A model generated the notes under the pieces. That model was not told the DNA's origin. It worked only from the letters and a program-made list of their open reading frames with translations, and did no database searches. From positions 1-64,000 of the forward strand of contig CBDEUM010000038.1 in the NCBI GenBank assembly GCA_965242925.1: DNA of 64,000 bases. The letters run 5' to 3'. This stretch comes from Roseibacillus sp. Lineage in GTDB: Bacteria > Verrucomicrobiota > Verrucomicrobiia > Verrucomicrobiales > Akkermansiaceae. Every line of letters begins with the position of its first letter. Within the stretch, counting starts at the first letter, position 1. Positions 1-9,650 of the stretch are shown here, piece after piece. The position numbers and the translations under genes were made by a program.

Positions 1-724
1 CTCCACTCGACCCCTCCATGCTTCGCCTCACCTGGCCCAGCACCCCGGGGAAGGTCTATGACATTCTCATCAATCCGGACCTTTCCCTGACGGTTCCCGA
101 CTGGGCCGGACTGGACGGATCACAGGACATTCCCGCCGACCTCTCAGGCACCAACACCCTGGATATCGCCCTCCCCTTCCCCGGCAGGGGATTCGTGGCC
201 CTTCGGGAGAAAAATGCTCCCCCGCTCTTCTTTGACGATCTCGAGTCGGGCGTGGGGGACTGGACCACGGTGGTTAACGATGACAACGGCAACACCCGGT
301 GGGAATTCGGCACTCCTGTCGGCAGCACCGGACCGCTTGCAGGTGCCGATGATTCCGCCAATGCCTGGTGCACCAACCTCGGCGACTACGGGGCTGATTC
401 CAATATCTCCCTTCGCTCACCTGCCATCGACCTGACTGGCGTGAGCGAAGCGGAACTTTCCTTCGATGCCTTCCGGGACGCGGATGGCTTCGGGACGCCG
501 CGGTGGTGCGCTTCCTGCGCGCTGCCGACCAGGTGCAACTCGGAGCGGACACGCACCTCGATATGAGCGTCCTCAACACCGACTATGCCACCATCACCAT
601 CCCCGTCGTTGCCGAGGCCCTCGCCGAGACGATCCTCGTGGAATGGAACTTCGTCAGTGACAGCAGTGCGGACGCCTTCAGTGGCTTGTCGATCGACAAC
701 ATCGGCGTGAGCATCACGGAATAA
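1..724 (+). CDS. C-terminal part of a large secreted/surface protein with a MAM/immune-inhibitor-like beta-sandwich; 5' truncated; apparent frameshift at G3 492-494
   Basis: ORF 18..566 (LFFDDLESGVGDWT...LRSPAIDL...LSFDAFRDADGFG) joins ORF 503..724 (VVRFLRAAD...GLSIDNIGVSITE) if one G is added at 492-494, reading ...FGDAAVVRF... Confidence 0.6.
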
Positions 725-749
725 GACCGACAACTGACTCCCAAGGCGA

Positions 750-2400
750 TCACTCCTCGTAGCCGAACTCGCGTACGAAGGGCGCAAGGACTTCGAGGTA
801 CGGTTCGAAAAACTTCTGGTAGTGGCGCCAGCGTCCCACCGCGCCGGAGTAAACCGGCTTGGTGACGGCCTCGTAGGTCGGGGAGCGCACGTGCTTTTGA
901 CGAGCGTGTTCGTAGAACTTGAGCACCTTGTCGTCCCAAGATAATCCGAGGAACTCGAGGAGGCGCCGCGCTTCGCCCTCAAGGTCGGCAACATTGTCCT
1001 CGTAGCGTGTCTCCGTCCACCGGCAGGTCAACATCGGGCGGAGGGCGAGCCAGGATTTCATAACGGTGGCGTACTTCCGGCAGGTCTCTTCCAGGGTGAG
1101 GTAGCTCACACTCACGGAGTTCATGGGCAGGGCCTGCATGAAACAGCTCAGGCAGACATCGCGCGGATCGCGCAGCGCAAAGATGATGCGAACCTCAGGG
1201 AAGACACGGGTGATGACCGGGATCAGCAGGGGTCAGCTCGGGATTCTTGTCGAGCAGGATCCGTGCCCCGATCGGTTCCCGCAGGAACGCCTCGCTCAGC
1301 TGGAAGTAGCGCTCGCGAGCATCCGCCATCTGTTCGTCCGGCAGGCCATCAAGCATCTCCGGGACCGACAGCTCAGTGGGGGACCGGCGTGCCAGGGCCA
1401 GGTAGACATCATCCGACATGATCTGAGTCTCGTCGGAACTGACGAGCCCCTCGTGCGAATCCAGGACCTGCTCGATGAGGGTGGTGCCGGAGCGGGCGTG
1501 TCCACAAAGCAGCGCGATTGTCCTTCCCTCCCCAGACGATGCGACCTCCGCAGAATTCCACCGCTGGAAGTGATCGGGGGTGATCGTTTCCATCAGGCGC
1601 TGATTGCGAGCCAGGACGTTTCCGGCCTGGGCCCGGGCAAGTTTGGTCGGGGCCCGGCCGCGGTGCCACTGCTTGCCCTCGACCAGCGCCTCCATCGCTC
1701 CGTCGTAGTCTCCTTCCTTGTCGAGGATTGCTCCGAGCGCATAGGACGCCTCCCAGTGATGATCGGAGTCCGGCATCGCGAGCAGGTCACGGAGGAACGA
1801 TTCCGCCCTCGTGGAATCACCACTGCGTCGCGCCAGCTTGGCCTGCACGAGACGGGCCTTCGGATGGTCGGGCTCGGCCGCGAGGGCACACTCGATATGA
1901 GCGCCTGCCTCGTCAAGACGGTGCAGGCGCTCGCAGATGGTGGCCAGTTCGACCGACGCCCGGGCCGAATCACCCCCGGCCTCGAGAGCCTTGCACAGAT
2001 AGTCCTCGGCCCGGTCGAACTGCGAGAAGGCGTGGTAAATTTCGCCCACCATCCCGAGGCATGCTGGATTCGCGCCGCTAAGCTTGAGAGCCTTTTCCAG
2101 ACACTGTTCGGCGCGCGGATAGTCGTAGCGCAGACCATAAGACTTTCCGAGGTCGAGCAAGGGCTCGACCTGGCCTGGCCGCTTGCGCTGATCCTGCTCA
2201 AAGAGCTTGAGGGCGGCGTCGTAGTCGCCGGCATCCCAGGCCCGCACCGCGCGTTGATTAAGGGACCGGCTGTTGCGCATGCTCGCCTTCACCGGCGCCA
2301 CAATGCGCGACATCGCCTGGCGAGCACCCTCCTGCCGGCGCTTGACCCGCGCCTTGCGCTTGTCTTTTCCCTTATTTTTCTTCCGAGAGGACGACATCAC
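750..2400 (-). CDS. TPR-repeat sulfotransferase family protein; apparent frameshift at G4 1229-1232
   Basis: N-terminal TPR-like helices and 5'-PAPS motif GHARSGTTL. Removing one base at 1229-1232 restores LDKNPELTLLIPVITRVFP...RDPRDVCLSCF and joins ORF 750..1139 (RYED...LLEFLGLSWD...GRWRHY). Confidence 0.8.
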
Positions 2401-2456
2401 AGGAGCTTAGGGGCAAGCCCGTCAGCACGCCAAGTCTCCCGCGGAGAAATCAACGA

Positions 2457-3227
2457 TCAGGACGTCTTGCGGCGCCGCCGCAAAAGGAGCCCGCCACTCA
2501 ACGCGAAGAGCATTGAGATCGACGGCTCAGGAGTTGAGGTGACACCGGCGTCGTCCCATGCCGCATCCCCCGCTCCCCACATTGCGATCCCGATCGGGTG
2601 GCCATCTTCCGCAGCGGTCGCGGTATAGCTGAGGGTCGCCAATCCCCACGTCCCTCCGCCCGTGACCCAGTCGCCAGTCCCATTGACACCGATCGACCAT
2701 CCCTCATTGGTTCCGGAAGCAGCCCCGGTTCCGTTTTGGACCAGGCCGTCCACAGTACCGTCGCTAATCCACCTCGCCCGCACCAATTCCGATCCTTCGG
2801 CGAATGTCCCGGCGGGAACCGCGTCGCCGTCGAAGAGGTACAACCAGGTCCGGTCTGAATCGTCAACAGTGTCGCCATCCCCGCTCAAGTAGATTGAAAA
2901 CGTATAGGTGCGGCCGGCCACGAAGGTGTCGGTGAGTACCTGTGAAGTGTATTGGCTGATCGCATGCAAGGCGACATCGCCGGTGCGGGGCATTGGGCGC
3001 TTGGCACTGGTCCCTGTGACATAGGCCGTGCTGTAAAACCAATTGGCGTTTTGTGTCCATGCGGCTGTAGTCGCATAACTATAACCGCCTCCCCCGGCCA
3101 CCGCCGCTCCGAAGCTCGGTTCGCCGACGCTGTGAACGATGGTGGAGGCATGCACCGCATGGGCAAACGCCATCCCGATCATCCCCAGGGAGGCAAACTT
3201 GAACAGGTTGGGTGCTTTCAGGCGCAT
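2457..3227 (-). CDS. PEP-CTERM sorting domain surface protein
   Basis: Signal peptide (...AHAVHA-S). C-terminus TPEPS, then a hydrophobic helix, then RRRRK. Confidence 0.9.
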   Translation of the reverse strand: MRLKAPNLFKFASLGMIGMAFAHAVHASTIVHSVGEPSFGAAVAGGGGYSYATTAAWTQNANWFYSTAYVTGTSAKRPMPRTGDVALHAISQYTSQVLTDTFVAGRTYTFSIYLSGDGDTVDDSDRTWLYLFDGDAVPAGTFAEGSELVRARWISDGTVDGLVQNGTGAASGTNEGWSIGVNGTGDWVTGGGTWGLATLSYTATAAEDGHPIGIAMWGAGDAAWDDAGVTSTPEPSISMLFALSGGLLLRRRRKTS

Positions 3228-3689
3228 GGCAATTTGTATCCCGTCTGGTTCTTTGAGTGCCTACAAGGGGAATTATTCCTGAATGAATGGGTTTTCAGCG
3301 TTTTTCACCCAAGATCGGGTTGGACGGTTGCCGCTGATGCACGATACCGGAGGGGCCTGTCTGTCGATCGGGGATCAGATCTGATGACAGTTGCCACTAA
3401 TCGTGCCGGCAACGGTCATCTTCATCCCATCTTTACCACGCGGTTGACGGTCGGCATTCGCTAAATAGTTTCAGGGGCCTTTTTTGTGGCAGCCGGGGTG
3501 CCGATCCATCCAATTGGAACGATTCGTTTTGTATCCTGCAGGAGCATTGTGGTGGAGAGCAGCGTCGTTCCCCTCCCGGGGCTAGAACATCCTTGGATAG
3601 CAGGGTGGGGTGAGTATCAAGGTGCGCTGACACGTTCCTGTCCTGACACCATGTGGATCAGAACGAGTCCGCTGAAGATTGACCGAAGC

Positions 3690-4563
3690 ATGAAGACCCT
3701 GCACCCGCTCCTGTTCGTTCTCTGCCTGCATCCCGTGGTAGAGGGGAAAGATCTCAAACCCGGCACGAACCGGGTGGAATTCATGCACGACAAGGAGTTG
3801 CGCCAGCTGTTGGTGCGGGTGCCCGGGAATTACGATGCCTCAAAGAAGTATCCGGTGGTGTTCGGGTTTCACGGGGCCGGCGGTCCCATGGAGGGATATC
3901 ACCGCCAGCTGGAAGGGTTGGTGAGAAAGCACGGCTATATCAGTGTCAGTCCCCAGGGTCTCAGTAATGCGAAGCGTAACCGGAGAGGGGTGACGGCCTG
4001 GAAATGGATTCAGTAATCATCGCTTCAGTAGTAGTGATGACGTTGGCTTTGTGGTCAAAACCGTTGAGTATCTGGACAGGAACGCGTCCATCGACCGGAC
4101 CCGCCTCTATGCCACGGGAGGATCAAGCGGCGCCATTTTCTGTTTTCGCCTGGCCATGGAGAGGGATCTCTTCGCGGCGATCGCTCCGATGCGCGGAGCG
4201 ATGATCAACAGGCCGCCGCTGCCCAGGGGACGACCGAGGTTATCGATCCTGCTGGTCTGTGGGGCGGAAGACGCCCTCTTCACCGGGGAGTCCAAGGTTC
4301 CGGGAGAAGTGTTTCATCCGGCTCGGAAGACGATGGAGCTCTGGGCGACCAATCATGGGGCCAAGACTGAATCCGCGGTGCTGGAGAAATCCGGGCAGAT
4401 CACGCTGACCCGTTACTCACCGGAGAAAGCCGACTATGAACTGCTGCTTTATGCGGTGAAGGGGAGTGGGCATCGCCTTCCGAGGGCTCAGATGTCCGCA
4501 GCAATCGACTACATGGCCAGGTTCTTCTCCCGCCATTCCAGGCCGAAGACCAAAACTGAATGA
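3690..4563 (+). CDS. Secreted alpha/beta hydrolase (LpqC/PHB-depolymerase-like esterase); apparent frameshift at A3 4002-4004
   Basis: Motifs YPVVFGFHGAGG, IDRTRLYATGGSSGA (GxSxG), GAED and GSGH. Deleting one A at 4002-4004 gives AWNGFSNHRFSSSDDVGFVVKTV and joins ORFs 3486..4016 and 4051..4563. Confidence 0.8.
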
Positions 4564-4737
4564 ATTCCCGGGATGGCCAGCTCGGTGGACACAGAGGGAA
4601 TTCCCACCGGATTGAAGAGCCAGGTCATCCTCTCCGGCTTTGCTGATGACTCGACTGCGAGGAGGAGCAGGCCAATCCCCTCTCCTTCGAGGTGTTTGTG
4701 AAGGGGGGGAGGGCGGCCTTGCCTCGGCTCCGATGCT

Positions 4738-5556
4738 TCAGGGCTGGAAGTTGGAGGGTTTGGGAAGAGGGCTGTCCGGATCGTTCGCTCCGGGAGTGCC
4801 GGCTGGAACTCCAAGGGGCACCGGGCGGATACGTTCGGAAGTGATTCGAACCACCACGTTGTAACCACTGCCTTCCTGCCCGGTTCCCAGAATGACACTG
4901 TGTCCTTCCTCGGTGTACCAGAGGTGGGAGCCCAGGATGGCACCGTCCTGAAGCTCGTCGACACCGGGAAAACCGGCGGCCTGCACCGGTCGCCCATGCA
5001 ACTTGCCGAGGAGGTCGATGAGTTCGGTCCAGTTGCCACGCAGGGAGGTGATATACTGGCCCTTGCTGACGGGTTGAGTCTGGAGGGTCACTTCACGAAG
5101 TCCCCCGCTTTTATGCCAGTCGAAGAAAAGGAAGCAGTGCAGTCCGCCGATGGTGGCCTTGGTCTTGTAGATCCCATTGAGTCCGGTGCGCCCGAGGAAG
5201 ATTCCGTCGCCAGCGGAGGTGACGAGTGAACTGACCTTGAGTTTCTTCTCCACCGTCTTGCGGTCGTCGCCGAACTCGAGCTGGTCGAATGCTGCGCCTT
5301 TGGGGGGTGGGGCGTCGGCGGCGAGATCCTTGGGAGCGACATTGCTGCGCACCCAGTCCTGGTCCTCGGTGTGCAGTTTTCTGATGCTCAGGGTGATGAT
5401 CCGTCCATCGCGGCGCTTGAGGGTGACACGTGCGCCGTCGCTGGAGAGATACTCGGCTTGGAAGCTCCTGGTGCCCTCCAGGTTGCGCCAGGCACGCATG
5501 GCAGCTGGAGCTGCCATGCTGGAGGCCAGGACAAGTAGGAGGAGAAGGGGCCGCAT
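4738..5556 (-). CDS. Secreted SHD1 (SLA1 homology 1)-like domain protein
   Basis: Signal peptide MRPLLLLLVLA, followed by RAWRNLEGTRSFQAEYLSSDGARVTLKRRDGRIITLSIRKLHTEDQDWV, the SHD1-like pattern common in PVC proteins. Confidence 0.75.
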   Translation of the reverse strand: MRPLLLLLVLASSMAAPAAMRAWRNLEGTRSFQAEYLSSDGARVTLKRRDGRIITLSIRKLHTEDQDWVRSNVAPKDLAADAPPPKGAAFDQLEFGDDRKTVEKKLKVSSLVTSAGDGIFLGRTGLNGIYKTKATIGGLHCFLFFDWHKSGGLREVTLQTQPVSKGQYITSLRGNWTELIDLLGKLHGRPVQAAGFPGVDELQDGAILGSHLWYTEEGHSVILGTGQEGSGYNVVVRITSERIRPVPLGVPAGTPGANDPDSPLPKPSNFQP

Positions 5557-5703
5557 GAGCTGTTGGAATGATCTTAGCAGCCTCACCGAGGGGTGACCAG
5601 TGATTGGTTTCGGCGCAGAGGGACTGTTTGCCCGGGTCAACACTGAAGGTGTTCGCTGGGTGGGAGTGTTTTCCATGCCGGAATTTCGAACGGACTGGCA
5701 ACG

Positions 5704-5730
5704 AAAAAAAGACCCGGCCTGAGCCGGGTC
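5704..5730 (-). terminator. Rho-independent terminator
   Basis: On the minus strand an 8-bp stem GACCCGGC/GCCGGGTC is followed by T7, just downstream of the 5770..6198 gene. Confidence 0.8.
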
Positions 5731-5769
5731 TCTCTAATAGTTGGGTTTTACTGGGAAAGGGTCCTGTCG

Positions 5770-6198
5770 TTACCGGCTTTGACGGCGGGCATGGCTGAAG
5801 GCGGTTTCAAAGCCGAGTTCGGGCGGGAACTCAGACAGCCCGTCGTGCGGGTTCATTTCGATTCGCCAATCGGCTCCGCACTTCGTGTAAGGCGGCTTGA
5901 AGGTGCCGTTATAGGTAGGGCAGTAGAAGGTGAGGAGCTCGTAGCAACCGTAGCCCATGCGCTTGAGGGTGCGCTGGCCTCCAGCGACGATTCCGTAGGA
6001 TCCGCCGGCCTTGCGACCGCCCTGACTGGCACGACGGAAAAACTGCTCGGGAATCTCGACCGCTCCGTAGAAGATGTTGGCGAGGGCGCGACCGAGCTTG
6101 CGAGTGGAGTTGTACTGTGCTCCCGGAGGCGCTTGGATGTCGGCGTAGGCACCGCCGGACAAGGCAAAGAGGGAGGCGATCAGGATCAGTTTTCTCAT
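5770..6198 (-). CDS. Exosortase system-associated protein, TIGR04073-like
   Basis: Signal peptide, then RKLGRALANIFYGAVEIP...RTLKRMGYGCYELLTF, the pattern I associate with this family. Confidence 0.7.
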   Translation of the reverse strand: MRKLILIASLFALSGGAYADIQAPPGAQYNSTRKLGRALANIFYGAVEIPEQFFRRASQGGRKAGGSYGIVAGGQRTLKRMGYGCYELLTFYCPTYNGTFKPPYTKCGADWRIEMNPHDGLSEFPPELGFETAFSHARRQSR

Positions 6199-6356
6199 TA
6201 CGGGGAACAGTTTGAGCGAGGAACGCGGGGACTGGCAAGCGGTTATTAGCTAATTATGGACGCCACGGAACCCGGTTGTAGCAGAGGGGCTGATGGACTT
6301 GTGGTCCTGCTGGCAGAATCGATGCAAAAATCCTACCCGCATGGAGCAGCAGGGGC

Positions 6357-8756
6357 CTATTCGTTCCCCCCGGGGAGATCCCGGCGTGGTTCCCAGGGGA
6401 GAGTGCCGCGGTCCGGATTTCTGGGGTAGAGGAGGCGGAGGAAGGCCTTGAGATCGGGTTTGAGCGGGCGCAGGGCACTGTGGAGATCGTTGGCTGTCTC
6501 GAGATGCCCCTGGTCCGAAAGGGCTTGGGCCTGAACTTCGATCTGGTTGCGGTAGGTCTTCTGCCGTTCCTTGATCCTGGCGTCGTATTTGTCCTCAAGT
6601 TGCGTGAGTGTCCCGGTCGCGCGCTCGTGAATGGCAATAAAGGCCTTGGGGCCGTCAGCAGGGAGGGCACGCAGGAGCTGGTTCTTCCCGGAGGCTTCAA
6701 CGAGGTCTTTTTCGAGGCTCTCCCAGATCGCAAGTCTCTCGCGCAGGGCCACTGTGTTCTGACCCGGTTGGCGGAGTGCATTCCTCGTTGCGGACTTCTG
6801 GGCGCGGATCAAATTCTTAAGGCTGCGAACATACTGTTCGACCAGTTTTCTCCTGTCCCAGTCGAAGGCGCTCAGATCAGCTCCGACGAACTGCTGGGTT
6901 TTGCGGTTGATGGCGGCCAGCCACGGGTCGGCGGCAAAATCCCGGGCAACTTCTCCGGCACTGCCATCGACCGATGAACTCCATTCCAGGAGCATGCCGG
7001 GGGCCTTTCTCCTGGAACCGTCCACCATGGTCCATCTGCCGGTTCCGGTTTCTCCTGCGCCCTGCAGGAGAATGCGATTGAACAGGGGGTGTGTGTTGGC
7101 ATTCTCCGGGAGGCCGGCGCTGTGCCAGGATTCCCGGCTGACCCACTTCCACGGTTGGCCTGCCTGCCCCCGGAATCCTCCCAGCCAGAGTCCCTGACCC
7201 GTGCCAAGATAGATCCAGAAGTTCTCACAGATCCAGCGGTGTTCTTCGGCACTGGAAGGGACGGCTAGATAGGCTCCGTGAATGGCAGCCAGGTCGAGCG
7301 CTTCATCCCAGGAAACCATGTCGCCCCTGAGTGCGTAGAAATGGGAGTTCCCAAAGGTGCGGGTGCCAATGGGGAGTCCCGCTCCCTGGAGGAGGGACTC
7401 CCTGGATCCCGACAGGGCGAGGGCCTTGACCCGTTTGAGCTGTTCGCGTTCGGTGCCCGGGTTGGTGCCGTCGTCCCGCCACTCGAGCAGGACATCACAT
7501 TTCCGTTTGGCGTCAGCAGGCATGATGAGGCCATTATTGTTGAGGGCGAGGTAACGGTCTTCCGGTTTTCCCACCGACTGGGTGGTGGGCATGGGCATGC
7601 CATCGAGCCACTGCCAGCGATCGTGTGCTCCTTTGCCGGCCCCAAGCCAGATTGGATAACGCAGGTCGAACTGGTCGCGGATCCATTGGCGTTCTCCGCG
7701 GTCGGAGAGGATCGCCAGGTGGGCACCATGAGCTTCCGCAAATGCCCTGGCGTCCTGCCAGGTCATGGAGCGGTCCCAGAGGGCGTAGGTGCTGTCGTTA
7801 CGCCAGATTGCCCCTGGCGGCAGCTCATTGCGCTGGCCGGCATGGAGGGCAGCCTTCAGACGGGAGAGGGAGTCGCGGAGGCGCTCAAGGGGAACGGGGG
7901 CTCTGGTCCGGGGCCTGGTCTCGGGGTTCCGGGCTGCGTCCTGCCTGTCGCGGTCCCGATCGATGGGATCACGGCGCTCGGCAATTTCACGGTCCCGGCC
8001 CGGGTCGTAGGGAGCTGGACTCATTCCTTCCTCCACCTCCCGGCCGAAGTTTGAGGTCAACTGGATGATCACCCAGAGGGCGACGAGGGCGAGGGCGATC
8101 TTGGTAATGATACTCCAGGGAATCTCGATGGATCGGTCAGGCCTGATGTTGGCGGACGGAAGCGGTCGCCGGGGACGCTCGGGCATGCGGGTGACGGGGG
8201 CCTCCGGGCGTTTGATGGTGGGTTGCAGCTTTGCGGTCAGGAGGAGGTCATTGGCCAGCTTTTTCACTGAGTCGATGCGTGCCTCGGGATCGGGGGTGGT
8301 GGCCTTCTTGATCAGGGTGTCCAGAACCAGGGGAGTCTTGCGGATGGAGGAAGGAGCGGGGGGGGTGTCACCCTGCGGAGCCGTGCCGGTGAGGAGCCGG
8401 TAGAGGATGCGGCCCAGCGAATAGACGTCGCAGCGTGCGTTGCAGTCTTTTCCGGCGAGCAATTCCGGTGCGACGTAGTCACGGTTGCTTTCATCAATGG
8501 CCTCGAGTGGTCCGGAAGAGGGTTCAAGGGTGAGGGAGAGATTGAGGTTCTCATCAATCAGCACCTTGCGGGGGGCGAGTCCACCGTATGCCAGACCCCT
8601 CTGGTGCGCGGGAGCGGTCTTATCACAAAGAGAGATGACCAGCTCGACAGCCTGCTTGTGATCGATTGGACCGGAGCTCGTGGCACCGGCAAGGGTTACG
8701 CTGGCACCGGGTTGAGTATCGGACGATTGCGCGTCGAAATCCATGGAAGATTGCAT
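6357..8756 (-). CDS. Membrane protein: degenerate Ser/Thr kinase C-lobe, TM helix, two C-type lectin domains
   Basis: YVAPE and DVYSLGRILYRLLTG (kinase subdomains VIII-IX); TM IITKIALALVALWVII; lectin motifs MTWQDARAFAEAHGAHLA...WLG...WQWLDG and VSWDEALDLAAIHGAYLA...WLGG...WKW. Confidence 0.75.
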   Translation of the reverse strand: MQSSMDFDAQSSDTQPGASVTLAGATSSGPIDHKQAVELVISLCDKTAPAHQRGLAYGGLAPRKVLIDENLNLSLTLEPSSGPLEAIDESNRDYVAPELLAGKDCNARCDVYSLGRILYRLLTGTAPQGDTPPAPSSIRKTPLVLDTLIKKATTPDPEARIDSVKKLANDLLLTAKLQPTIKRPEAPVTRMPERPRRPLPSANIRPDRSIEIPWSIITKIALALVALWVIIQLTSNFGREVEEGMSPAPYDPGRDREIAERRDPIDRDRDRQDAARNPETRPRTRAPVPLERLRDSLSRLKAALHAGQRNELPPGAIWRNDSTYALWDRSMTWQDARAFAEAHGAHLAILSDRGERQWIRDQFDLRYPIWLGAGKGAHDRWQWLDGMPMPTTQSVGKPEDRYLALNNNGLIMPADAKRKCDVLLEWRDDGTNPGTEREQLKRVKALALSGSRESLLQGAGLPIGTRTFGNSHFYALRGDMVSWDEALDLAAIHGAYLAVPSSAEEHRWICENFWIYLGTGQGLWLGGFRGQAGQPWKWVSRESWHSAGLPENANTHPLFNRILLQGAGETGTGRWTMVDGSRRKAPGMLLEWSSSVDGSAGEVARDFAADPWLAAINRKTQQFVGADLSAFDWDRRKLVEQYVRSLKNLIRAQKSATRNALRQPGQNTVALRERLAIWESLEKDLVEASGKNQLLRALPADGPKAFIAIHERATGTLTQLEDKYDARIKERQKTYRNQIEVQAQALSDQGHLETANDLHSALRPLKPDLKAFLRLLYPRNPDRGTLPWEPRRDLPGGNE

Positions 8757-8977
8757 TTTGGAGGTCTGGAATCCTGCCGATCAGGGAAGGATAGCCATTT
8801 CCCGTCAAAAAGGAAAAGGGGGTTATCGGAATATTGGGTATTAATTAGTGGTAATCAGGATTAAGGGCTATTGGGACGTCGAGCGGTGGGGGGCGGAGGA
8901 TGCCTTTTCATGAGGGAGTGAATCCACCCTCCCCGGCCTGCCTGAAGATCAATTGGCAAACGACAGATCAGGCCGCC

Positions 8978-9550
8978 TTATTTCCCGTCGGTATCTGCCG
9001 CGGTCGGTTCTTCGCTTTCGCCTTCCGCCGATGCTTCTTCATCTGGGGAGAGGAGTTTTTGGACTTCTTCCTGAAGGGGAGTCACCTGGCTAAGGGAAAT
9101 CTGGGGGTCCTTCACGATGAAAATCTCGCCCGAGTAGCGGTGCTGGTAGATACGAAGGAGCCCGGTGCGGATCTTCTGAGAGTCCGTTTCGATAAGGATC
9201 TTTTTCCTCTCGAGCATGACGGCCAGAATGTAACGGGTGTTTTCGGTGTGAGCTTCATCCTGCTCGATCAGGCTGGTGAGGAGAGCTTCAGGATCATCCC
9301 TGTCGACGATCTCGACCTTGGCTTCCACTTCGGGAGGTCGGTAGACGGTGCGCCAGAAGGAGAAGGGTTGCTCGGATTCCTCGGCACGGGCGTCCCAGGC
9401 CGCCTGGGAGAAGTCCAACCGCAGGTAGCCATCGGACTCCGGGTCAGGGAGGAGAGCTGTATAGAAGGCTTCCCCTTCGGTGAACGGCTTCTCGGTGACG
9501 GAGCAGTGATGTGCACGAGACTTGATGTGCCAGGAGTCGGCGAGGGGCAT
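8978..9550 (-). CDS. Hypothetical protein
   Basis: ATG at 9550 (MPLADSWHIKSR...SFWR...YILAVMLERKKIL...DP). The longer listed ORF to 10390 overlaps the permease gene in another frame. Confidence 0.7.
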   Translation of the reverse strand: MPLADSWHIKSRAHHCSVTEKPFTEGEAFYTALLPDPESDGYLRLDFSQAAWDARAEESEQPFSFWRTVYRPPEVEAKVEIVDRDDPEALLTSLIEQDEAHTENTRYILAVMLERKKILIETDSQKIRTGLLRIYQHRYSGEIFIVKDPQISLSQVTPLQEEVQKLLSPDEEASAEGESEEPTAADTDGK

Positions 9551-9650
9551 GAGAAGAATGAAAGTGATCGGCTTTGTCACGGTGGGACTGAGCCGTGACG
9601 GAAGTGAAGGGGAAAGTAGGCGCGGTGGAAAGTGAAAGCGAGGAGGAGAA

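Noticed and set aside
1123..2628. 501-aa plus-strand ORF
   Set aside because: Antisense shadow of the TPR sulfotransferase in very GC-rich DNA.
3228..3689. Roughly 460-bp intergenic region as a riboswitch or ncRNA
   Set aside because: No recognisable aptamer motif; a divergent promoter region explains it.
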